Shown here piece by piece: positions 50,001-57,148 of a stretch of 64,000 bases of DNA. Position 1 is the stretch's first letter. Every line of letters begins with the position of its first letter. The translations under genes were made by a program, and so were the position numbers. The stretch comes from Callorhinchus milii. Its lineage: Eukaryota. Below the pieces are notes generated by a model. The model made no database searches. It had not been told where the DNA came from and was given only the letters and a program-made list of their open reading frames with translations. Where the stretch lies: contig NW_024704742.1 in the NCBI RefSeq assembly GCF_018977255.1, positions 78,804,001-78,868,000 on the forward strand, read 5' to 3'.

Positions 50001-50247
50001 CGTGTACACTTCATTGTACATTGCGCAAATGGCATTGCGCATTCCTGCTTTTAAGGAGACTGTCGATTATGAGTTGTCTTGGTGACTTTATGCTTATTCT
50101 GAGAGATACTTTACCTGTTAGCATTGATCTGATACCACTTCTCTTGCTGAAGTCTAACCAGGCTGATTACTGTGACGACAAGATTAGTCATTCCAAATCT
50201 GAAGTGCAGCAACCCATCGATCAGCTCCAGTCCCAAGAAACCTTTCA
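1879..50247 (-). CDS. Partial multi-exon gene encoding a laminin-alpha-like protein with at least three tandem laminin-G domains; join(50115-50247,48932-49079,44768-44930,21123-21382,17917-18083,14136-14259,8299-8442,6857-7011,1879-2082)
   Basis: Nine exons with canonical AG/GT sites and matching phases (1-2,2-0,0-1,1-0,0-2,2-0,0-0,0-2,2-2) give 1498 nt without a stop. LG motifs recur three times (F.T...GLL, L.L..G, W[HY].[IV], [YF][IV]GG, F.G[CD]). Several N-X-S/T sequons fit an extracellular protein. Confidence 0.9.
2790..3975 (+). mobile_element. Decayed R4/Dong-like non-LTR retrotransposon 3' part (RT thumb, CCHC knuckle, restriction-like endonuclease), interrupted by a SINE tail at about 3440-3543
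   Basis: Broken frames read [64 protein letters not shown]...[21 protein letters not shown]. Confidence 0.82.
4745..6228 (+). mobile_element. L2 LINE 3' part with an opposite-strand L2 nested at about 4890-5411
   Basis: RT C-terminal sequence stops at ...CAGTTGAATGTCAACAA (about 4890) and resumes at CTGAGGCCCTCCTG (about 5413); [12 protein letters not shown] motif; (TTG)n tail. Confidence 0.85.
4890..5411 (-). mobile_element. 5'-truncated L2 fragment nested in the plus-strand L2
   Basis: [16 protein letters not shown]...AFS.SAP.L.NS.P...LKTLLF translation. Confidence 0.85.
6857..7011 (-). CDS. LG gene exon ([51 protein letters not shown])
   Basis: T-rich ctag acceptor, TT|GTGAGT donor, phase 0-2; L.L.GG and SD.QWHTI motifs; absent from the ORF track. 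Confidence 0.9.
7047..7460 (-). mobile_element. Old L2 3' fragment
   Basis: [13 protein letters not shown]...[11 protein letters not shown] translation; L2-type tail. Confidence 0.75.
8299..8442 (-). CDS. LG gene exon, start of third LG domain ([48 protein letters not shown])
   Basis: aactcag acceptor, CCG|GTAAGA donor, phase 0-0; F...SY..L and FKT...SGLLF motifs. Confidence 0.9.
8483..8880 (+). mobile_element. Older tRNA-derived Deu-type SINE (related copies at about 11030-11420, 12845-13085, 26533-26930, 43862-44285, 45157-45570, 48340-48690 on +; 24262-24620, 33858-34125, 40945-41300 on -)
   Basis: TGGCTCAGTTGGTAG A box, B-box-like GTGGATTCAAACCC, CTGTTTGTGGGA body and L2-like tail; diverged. 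Confidence 0.75.
9095..9475 (+). mobile_element. CR1 LINE 3' fragment
   Basis: [29 protein letters not shown] and F...VVRIWNALP match the CR1 ORF2 C-terminus. Confidence 0.8.
9479..9557. repeat. Compound tetranucleotide microsatellite (TCAA)n(TCGA)n(CCAA)n(TCAA)n
   Basis: Directly visible, immediately after the CR1 3' end. Confidence 0.95.
10583..10694. promoter_or_regulatory. Candidate intronic enhancer with Pbx-Hox and Meis-type motifs
   Basis: TGATGGATTG (10606), TGACAG (10627), TGATAAATGA (10684) and GGATTA/TAATCC in non-repetitive sequence; motif evidence only. Confidence 0.3.
13085..13600 (-). mobile_element. Old L2 3' fragment
   Basis: L2 tail and degenerate F...LKTFLF-type region. 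Confidence 0.65.
14136..14259 (-). CDS. LG gene exon, end of second LG domain ([42 protein letters not shown])
   Basis: cccgcag acceptor, ACG|GTAAGG donor, phase 2-0; FSGC...C disulfide pattern. Confidence 0.82.
15205..15350 (+). mobile_element. Penelope-type terminal-repeat remnant containing a minimal hammerhead-like core (15272-15308)
   Basis: AGTT-CTGACGA-A-GGGTC-gtg-GACCC-GAAAC-ATT-GACT followed by CCTTTCTCCGGAGATGCTG, which is shared with the 33586-33785 element. Confidence 0.65.
16026..16347 (+). mobile_element. Young tRNA-derived Deu-type SINE
   Basis: Nearly identical to the reverse complement of 1407-1726. Confidence 0.92.
17917..18083 (-). CDS. LG gene exon ([15 protein letters not shown]...[17 protein letters not shown])
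   Basis: cttccag acceptor, AG|GTACAA donor, phase 0-2; continues WHQ|VTI directly. Confidence 0.85.
18100..18575 (-). mobile_element. L2 3' fragment whose tail ends just upstream of the 18083 acceptor
   Basis: L2 tail GGGACATCCTACCGATGTTAAAGGTGCTATAG...(TTG)n; [14 protein letters not shown] region. Confidence 0.78.
19392..20920 (-). mobile_element. Young 5'-truncated L2 LINE with uninterrupted reverse transcriptase C-terminal ORF (about 19653-20921)
   Basis: [54 protein letters not shown] motifs with no stops; CpG-rich; (TTG)n tail. Confidence 0.97.
21123..21382 (-). CDS. LG gene exon, first half of second LG domain ([12 protein letters not shown]...[11 protein letters not shown]...LEEGHL...VNLGHWHQ)
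   Basis: tgttccag acceptor, CAG|GTATGG donor, phase 1-0; F.G.GY, F.T....G+LL and WH motifs. Confidence 0.92.
22564..22886 (-). mobile_element. Young full-length tRNA-derived Deu-type SINE
   Basis: Intact A and B boxes, body and (ATT)n tail. Confidence 0.93.
24724..25094 (+). mobile_element. Young L2 3' fragment, same subfamily as 19392-20920
   Basis: Almost identical to the reverse complement of 19392-19847 apart from 3'UTR tandem-unit number. Confidence 0.95.
25506..25883 (+). mobile_element. tRNA-derived SINE, longer variant with an extra internal segment (related: 45724-46072)
   Basis: Same head and tail plus AAGTAGGAACC.GTTGTTAG..GATTGG.GGATTGCTTT insert. Confidence 0.85.
27475..28378 (-). 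mobile_element. L2 3' fragment
   Basis: [11 protein letters not shown]...[10 protein letters not shown]...[15 protein letters not shown] translation. Confidence 0.92.
32870..33277 (-). mobile_element. L2 3' fragment
   Basis: [16 protein letters not shown] translation and L2 tail. Confidence 0.88.
33586..33785. mobile_element. Inverted-repeat (foldback) Penelope-type element, arms about 95-100 bp
   Basis: ACACTCAGCAGGTCAGGCAGCATCTATGGAGAAAGGAA pairs with TTCCTTTCTCCGTAGATGTTGCCTGACCTGCTGAGTGT; each arm holds a decayed hammerhead-like core. Confidence 0.8.
34128..34650 (+). mobile_element. Degenerate L2 RT fragment
   Basis: [21 protein letters not shown] and [20 protein letters not shown] remnants. 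Confidence 0.8.
36847..37160 (+). mobile_element. tRNA-derived Deu-type SINE inserted in an L2 3' remnant
   Basis: Full head, body and tail; L2 tail resumes at about 37170-37240. Confidence 0.9.
38842..39137 (-). mobile_element. Young SINE, truncated inside the tRNA head
   Basis: Body and tail match 22564-22886; ends at a duplicated B-box segment. Confidence 0.9.
39193..40230. repeat. 156-bp inverted repeat pair (39193-39348 / 40075-40230)
   Basis: Arms align as reverse complements with about six mismatches by eye. Confidence 0.92.
39347..39665 (+). mobile_element. Young tRNA-derived SINE abutting the left inverted-repeat arm
   Basis: Full head, body and tail. Confidence 0.9.
41055..41203. 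mobile_element. hAT (Charlie-like) MITE, 149 bp, inserted in an older SINE
   Basis: Imperfect TIRs CAGTGTTGGTCAACCT / AGGTTAGCCACCACTC; 8-bp TSD GTATAGAC / GTGTAGAC. Confidence 0.8.
43264..43622 (-). mobile_element. Young SINE with a triplicated 30-bp 3' terminus
   Basis: ATAATAATAATAATAATCCTTGCATTTGAT x3 at 43264-43353, then the normal SINE body. Confidence 0.92.
43639..43830 (+). repeat. Unclassified old dispersed repeat, second copy at about 50783-50980
   Basis: Shared blocks GCTTGGGGACCCCAG, CAGCTAAA, AGCTTGCCATTG, CATTAGGG, TTGCAGG in the same order. Confidence 0.7.
44768..44930 (-). CDS. LG gene exon, end of first LG domain plus linker ([54 protein letters not shown])
   Basis: ttcttcag acceptor, G|GTTAGT donor, phase 0-1; FTGC...LNG...IW...C motif. 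Confidence 0.9.
47388..48110. repeat. About 720-bp degenerate GA-rich polypurine tract
   Basis: Directly visible; it explains the S/L/H-rich spurious ORFs. Confidence 0.95.
48932..49079 (-). CDS. LG gene exon ([50 protein letters not shown])
   Basis: ttgcag acceptor, AAG|GTAATG donor, phase 2-0; R.G..GSI.V and VYIGG motifs. Confidence 0.9.
49715..49930 (+). mobile_element. CR1-like LINE 3' remnant (a related remnant lies at about 54945-55170)
   Basis: [15 protein letters not shown]...TRGH...VINNWNTLP; second copy KYFFTKRVINEWNKLP. Confidence 0.7.
50115..50247 (-). CDS. LG gene exon, middle of first LG domain ([43 protein letters not shown])
   Basis: cttcag acceptor, AG|GTAAAG donor, phase 1-2; matches the FL.+E+..G...F...W..I.a.R pattern of laminin-alpha LG1. 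Confidence 0.9.
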
Positions 50248-50534
50248 CTGAAGATATTATACAAATAACAATGTGTTCACATTTAATGCATTGCTAGAAA
50301 AAGTACACAGACTCATTTGTTTCTTAATAAACTCCGAGGGCTGCAAGCATTTGCAATGGGATTTTTACCATGTGAGCTATTGTGGACTGGAAGGAATGGC
50401 GGAAGCTGAAATAATGTTTCCTTGCTTCCAGTATCAATGCCCTTGATTTCCTATTAATTTACACGGAATTGCATAAAATGATAGTGCACAAAAACAGGCT
50501 ATTGTGGCCCAACCAGTCTTTGCTGGTGTTTGTA

Positions 50535-50632
50535 CAGGGTTACCAAAAAGCAACCCTATTATCTAAAAAAATCATAATTTGTTTAAGTCTTATTAGACAT
50601 TGTAATGGTATCATGACTTTTTGGTCACCCTG
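50535..50632. mobile_element. Tc1/mariner-type MITE, 98 bp
   Basis: TIRs CAGGGTTACCAAAAAG / CTTTTTGGTCACCCTG (15 of 16 match) flanked by TA on both sides. Confidence 0.85.
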
Positions 50633-52987
50633 TATATCCACTTGAGTCCCATTGCCCTCCCTATAACCCCCTATTCTCTTCTTCCTTAAGTATGCAACAA
50701 GATTCCTCTAAAATATATTGATGCTCTCTTCCTGGAGGGACGCATCCTGCTTACCTAATTCCAGAAAGTGTCAGGAGCAGATGCTTGGGGACCCCAGAGT
50801 GTGTGTTGGGATACTGCAAGAGCCTAACCAGCTAAAATTGTATAGCTTGCCATTGCTATTGCTGTCTGGCAAACTTTCCATCTGCTTGTCCAGCTAGGGC
50901 CAACCTACTCATTAGGGCTTTGATTTGCAGGCTTAACAGGATCTGAGTGGGATGACTCCTTGCCCCGAGTGACTGCTCTGCCCTTCCAGGTTCTGCCGAT
51001 GAGCCCGGCTGGCTGTGCTGTTGTCAGCAGCGCTCTGGAAGACTACGGACCTGCTTGGCTCAGGAACTGGACTATCGAGACTGCAACAGAGAGCTGGCTC
51101 GATTCTGACATTCCGTTGCCAGGCACGTCACCTTGGAGCCAATTCAGCTCCAAGAAGACTCCATTTACCTCACCCCCAAGGAGCATAGTCACTAGTCGGT
51201 CATTTGACATTCGACAAGTGTGGGTTTGAGCCCTTACTAGGTCTATGTCACAAGCTTGACCTGCATTGGGACCTTGTTGTCCTTAAAGAGGAATGAGCTG
51301 ACCAGAGTCCTTAACCCTGAAGTAAATAAATAGACAAGTTAAAACATCAGGAGGGTGACAGTGCCAGCAGAAAGAAGACATCATGAGAAGGAGAGAATAG
51401 AATATAAAATATTCTGAACGACAATGTGAGGGCTTTTCAAACGCCCTGACAAGTAGATTGCTGCTGCTGATTCTGCAGTGAGGTATCATTACTCAGACTC
51501 CTAGTTCATAGTTTCTGCTGTATTTCATTTGAAAAAGGACCGAATTGCCAAATGAAAGGGCCAAGCTCATGATTTCCTGAAGTCTCCCAAGTCTTGAGGT
51601 GCCAATGCAACCCAATATAAAAAAAGGCTGTGACAGTATCAGTGACAAAAATGAGTTCACAATGTCAGAATCATCAGATTGTATTGCAATTGTATAGCAC
51701 ACTCTCCCATGCTTCATTTTATCCAATCTGAGTCTGAAAAGTTTTGATGATGAGCACAAGGGAGAATGCATTACAGTGTGAGGCTCTTTGTTCCCATGGG
51801 ATCTATTGAGATCCTCACCACCTATCAGTAGCTCTATATTGCAATGGTTCACAGTAAATTCAGTGCTTTAGTTATCGTATTTAACATTGATAATTCTGGA
51901 ACGTTGCAATTTCCACTTGATAACTGAAGACGAGTGTGAGCCTATCCCTGACTCCTCTGGCAGGGTTAAGAATGGAATTGGGGTCCACTTAAACAGTTTT
52001 GCAACTACTTTCAACTAACCCCTTTTCTACATGTCCACATTCCACATGGTTTCAACTTGGGGTGGGTGTAAAAATACAACTGAAGCCCCACTTAGAAAAA
52101 ATTAGGAACTGATTTTCTAGACCATACATCTGATTTTGCAACTAATTTCAACTAACCTCCTTTCTACACTTCCCTCATTGCAGATGGTCTCAATTGATCA
52201 CGCGCTTTGAAAGAAAATCCCAAGATATTGATACATTTGAACTTCCACTATAATGTGTATCCATGAGATTGGACTAAGTTTTAATTGTACATAATGCAGG
52301 ATGCAGGCCGAATCAATAGGTACTGAGCACTTGGAACAAGCAGATACAGTTGTACCCTAGCAAGACTTTGAATACAAAGTTGGTTAACTTGTCTGCTGTC
52401 TCAAACCATAAGTGTATCAAGTTGCTTTAAGTCATTTTGACTCTGACTTAATGTAAGACTTTGAGGTGTTGTCAATTGAATGTTTGTGACCAATAAATGG
52501 CTCAATTGAACTGTTTTTGAGTCGTCATTATTCCCTCGTTAATTCAAACGGGATACTGTTTTTGTCTAGTCACTGGAATGTTAGGTACCACCTCCGTGAC
52601 ACTTTACTGCAGGATTGTGACACGAATCTGGACCAAAGATTGTGGCACCACCATGATACGTGGCATTTTAGTGCCACTTCATAGGATATCAGCTCTACTC
52701 AATCTGAAATCTTTGGACTCACTTCAGGTAGACAAAGAGAAATTCTAGACACAGTTGTTAGCCACTGTATCAGTAAACATTCTCTTCGCACTCAGCAAAG
52801 CTACCGATAAAGCAACAATAACTTGCATATATATATTAGTTTCGCCCACAAAATATACAGTCAGCTCACTTTACAGTGTAGTCTGTGAAGCGCTTTGAGA
52901 CGTCTTGAAGATGTGATAAGGTGCTTTATAAAATGCAGATATTATTATTACTATTCACTTGGGGTAATGTCTCAGAGTGCTAAAGCA

Positions 52988-53185
52988 GAAGCTGAAGCCC
53001 AAGAGAAGGTATCTTATAGCCACTGCAGGGGTGTAAGCTGCCTTCTCTTGGGCTTCACCTTTAAGCGATCCGAGATGGTAAGCTAAGCCTCCTTCTATGC
53101 ATCTTTCCAAATTCTTATTCAATATGAATTTCCAGCGCAACTCTTACTCTAGGAATTCATACTGGATAAGAATTTGAAAGATGCA
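52988..53185. other. Two adjacent long hairpins (52993-53057 and 53098-53185)
   Basis: TGAAGCCCAAGAGAAGG / CCTTCTCTTGGGCTTCA is a perfect 17-bp stem that extends further; the second stem is about 38 bp, TGCATCTTTC...GAAAGATGCA. Confidence 0.85.
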
Positions 53186-54677
53186 GAGAAAGAATTATTT
53201 AGCATAATTAAATCAATAAAGTGAACGTCCATTCCATCGGCCACACCTGCAATCGAAATAGCTTCTCAATAAAACTAGTACACACAATGGTACAGTGGAG
53301 GAGAGCTTAATTGGGCACAGCAGTGGGTCACAAACAGTCGTAGTTTGAATGCCCAAATTCTTCTTTTTTTTTGAAGGGATTATTACACCAGGAAAAAACA
53401 ATCCACTTTACTGTATATTCTGTGAAGTGCTTTGAGACGTCTTGAAGATGTGATAGGGTGCTATATGAAATGCAGGTATTATTATTAGTAGTAGTATTAT
53501 TATTCACTTGTAGTAATGTCTCAGAGCGCTAAAGCTAATTGGGGAATAACAAGGGAGTTCCTACTTACTGCTAGGTGAACAGAGGCGTGTGGAATGAGGA
53601 AAGTTGCTTAACGTTTTGATCTGTCCGGAATCAAACCCGGGTCCTCTCGCATGAGAGGTGAGTGCTCTAACCATTGAGCTACATGACTTCACCTGTATCA
53701 GGAACTTACCTAAATTAGATCTCAGATACAAAATACACAGTCACTAACTTTATAGTAAATCCGGTGACACACTTTGAAATATCCTCCTGATAGAAAGTCG
53801 CTCTATCAAATTATTATTATTATTATTATCTCTCCAGTTTATGCTACTGGTTCAGTCTTATAAACACAAACTTCTTATCCAGACAAGATAATTATCCAGA
53901 GATCCAGATAATTTCTTATCTAGTCTTATCCAAATTTCTTATCCGCACATCTTAAAAGAGAGCCTTGACTTCACAGCGCAACTTTACTCTGACACAGGAG
54001 CCTGCTATGGATAAGTAGACACATGCAGATGCACAGCAGTCTGCTAAACAAGTGATCAACAAAGTCTCTTTCAATCCTAAACAGCAAGTCCTGAGCATTG
54101 TTACATTTGATGTGCATGTGGGTGGTTCTGCCTAAAAGCACTTTAAAAATCCAAATGCCATGTGAATTCATTTGTTTGCTTTGCCTGATGACATTTACAG
54201 GCATCTCTGAACATGTTCTTTGATTTATTTGACTCATTAAGTGACATTAGTGCAGTACTAAGTGGAATTAATTTTGTGTTTGTACTAACAGTTAACTTTT
54301 GTTGCTTAAAAATGTTCTAAAGGGTGCAGCTAATGGCTGTAATTTTGCATTAGTGTCACAAGTTTGAAGAATATATGAGCTAAATAAAGTTATTCAAATA
54401 TAAATGTAGCTTAAGTGGATTCACTCAACACTCCCTAGTGAACTAGTGACCACCTCCCACCCATTCCCTGAATACATTTACTGCCATTATTACACAGTTC
54501 AGAACTTTACAGCTGAGGGCTTAACTTGGCTCAAAATCTAAAATACTGCCCACAGAAATTAAGTTTTCTCCCTCAGTTTTTCAACATTTTATGTCAATCG
54601 ATTTCTGCTTAATAAATGTAAACCCAAAGCAATGCTCTTGGACACACTCAGATGGCAGAACAAGAGTGCACAGATTT

Positions 54678-54943
54678 TAATAATAATAATAATAATAATC
54701 CTTGCATTTGATATAGCGCTTTTCACGTCGGGAGGACGTCCCAAAGCGCTTCACAGAACACACTGTAAAGTGAATTGACTGTATATTTGTGGGCGAACGC
54801 GGCAGCCAATTGCGCACAGCAATGTCCCACAAACAGTCGTAGATTGAAAATGACCAATTTAATTATTGTTTTTGGTTTTTTGGAGGGATTATTATTAGGC
54901 GTGTGGAGTAAGGAAACTTGCCCAAGGTTTCGCCCTGCCTGGA
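54678..54943 (-). mobile_element. Young SINE, 5'-truncated, joined to a CR1 remnant
   Basis: Near-consensus body and tail; ends at CCCTGCCTGGAA. Confidence 0.9.
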
Positions 54944-55666
54944 AAGTTTAAAGTTGCAACAGGCAATTTCAGGCCTGACAGCGGGAAGTATTTCTTTACT
55001 AAGAGGGTAATTAATGAGTGGAACAAATTACCAGGAAGAGGAGTTGAGGCCGGAATACTTGACTCATTGAACAAAAGCAACTTTGTGCTGTGATGGGAGG
55101 ATGATACGGTAGATATTCTGCAAAATGAGATCAAATAGGCCAAAAGGTCTTCTTCATCCAAACCAATTTTGTGATATTCAAAAGAGGGTTGGCTTACCCT
55201 GGGTAGAGTGCACATCATACAATACTGCACCAAACAAAGAAGAAACTCACCGCTAATTTGGTTTTCACCCAGTGCTTACCTCAGATTTGTGTCTAAAACA
55301 CAATTATTTATATTGGATTTTCCAATATTTTTGCCAACTCCCAAGAACTTTTCATACACCCAACCACTTTGCAGAGTGGAGTTCCTACGCATTGCGTCTG
55401 ATTGACAGAGGAGTAACCATCTGTGAAACAGAATCCTTATTAAGGAATCCAATTAAATAACTCTCTGGGCTTTAGACTATAATCTCAGAGTTTGAAGTGT
55501 AATTTATCAATTCCCTACTTTATGGAAGTTCAAAGAAAGATCCCAAGAGATTTTCTGGTTTCACCCCATTAAATGGTTTCCTACGTCCAAGTATAACCAG
55601 AGTATCCTTCATTCCCACCTCACTTGGGGCCCGAAGGACAGTGTCCAAGCAAAAGTTCACATCTAC

Positions 55667-57047
55667 CACAAACAAACAACAACTATACGAAGTTGTATAG
55701 TGGCTTTCATGTTGGGAGGACATCCCAAGGCGCTGGACAATCAGTGTTTCGGACACAAGCTGGGGGTCGGGGGGCAGGGGGGGAAGGAGGGTGATTGAAG
55801 GTACAGTTGAATAGGAAGGTTTTGGGTCTTGAAGGAGGCAAGGAAAGGGGAGAGGTGAATTGATTGCGGGATGGAGTTCCAGAGAGTGGGAGCAGAGTGG
55901 CTGAAGGCCTGTCCGCCAATGGTGGAGCGGGTGAAGCAGGGGATGTGAAGCTCTCATCCAGGACCTGATGTCTGACAAACATTCTGTCAGGGACAGCAGT
56001 GGTCCTGGAGTCAAGGGTAGAGGTACAGTTGTGTGTCTACCGCATACATGTGATCCCGTGTCTGTGGATGATGTCACCTTGAGGGAGCATATAGATATTG
56101 AAGAGGAGGGGACCAAGGACAAAGCCCCGAGGAATGCCGGACGAGATGGTGCGGGGGGCTAGAGGAGAAGCTGTTTGTGGAGATGATGTGTGAGAGGTAC
56201 GATCTGAAACCGTCAAGTACAGAACCATGAAGGTTGAGGTGACAGGAGAGGCAGTGAATGAGGATAGAGTGGTCAACATTGTCAAAAGCAGTAGAGAGGT
56301 CAAGGACGACAAGGAGGCTGAGGGAGCCCTGGTTGCAGATGGACATAAATGTCATTTGTCACTTTGACCAGGGCCCTTTCTGTGCTGTGAGTGGCACAGA
56401 AGCCCGATTGGAGCGGTTCGAGAAGGGAGTGGCGGGAGAGGAAGGGGCGAAGCTGGGAAGCAACAACTCATTCTAGAACCTTGGAAAGGAAAGGGAGGTT
56501 GGCGATGGGGTGGTAATTTGAGAGCAGGATGGTCCAGGGAGGGTTTTTAAAAGATAGGAGTGATGACGGCCGTTTTTAAAGGGGTGGAAATGATGCCAGT
56601 CGACAGGGAGAGCTTTATGATGTCTGCGAGTAAAAGGGCAAGGAGGTGGAGCTGGGAGGTAAGGAGAGGGTTAGGGATTGGGTCGATGGAGCAGGTTGTC
56701 TATTTCATGTGGGTTATAGTGATGGTGAGAGTGGAGGAGGCCACAGGTTCGAAGGTGTGGAGGGTGGAATGGGTAGGGACTGGTGTGTGAGGGGGAGATG
56801 GGGAGGGGGTAGTAGACCGAAGGGCAGAGGCAGCTGAGCGGATCCCCTCGATTTTGGTTTTGACGATGTCCAGCATCGCCTCGCAGTTGGCATTGGAGGA
56901 GAGGATGGGGGAGGTGTGACCTCTGATACTGAAATAACAATTGTACTGAATGCCCTCGTATCTTCCATCTAATACCTTGAGAAACCCCTCTTAAGCTACG
57001 CAGAAACCCACAGTGATGACAGCAGTCAGCCTGACTCATCAGCAGGA
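55667..57047 (-). mobile_element. L2 LINE fragment with large internal deletions, running up to the assembly gap
   Basis: LLVVLDLSTAFDNVDH and GIPRGFVLGPLLFNIYMLP remnants; L2 tail at the low-coordinate end. Confidence 0.85.
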
Positions 57048-57077
57048 NNNNNNNNNNNNNNNNNNNNNNNNNNNNNN
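57048..57077. other. Assembly gap (30 N)
   Basis: Run of n characters. Confidence 1.
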
Positions 57078-57148
57078 TCACGGGTTAGTACTCACAACGG
57101 TTACTGATATTCAGCGGCGTGTATTTTAAGGTCCGCCAGGTCGTTTTG

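Noticed and set aside
50960..51229. 89-aa ORF with ATESWLDSDIPLPG
   Set aside because: At most a short decayed LINE endonuclease-like motif; too little to call a gene or element.
199..57047. Apparent excess of L2 copies in the same orientation as the host gene
   Set aside because: Roughly two to one on fewer than twenty fragments is too few to distinguish from chance.
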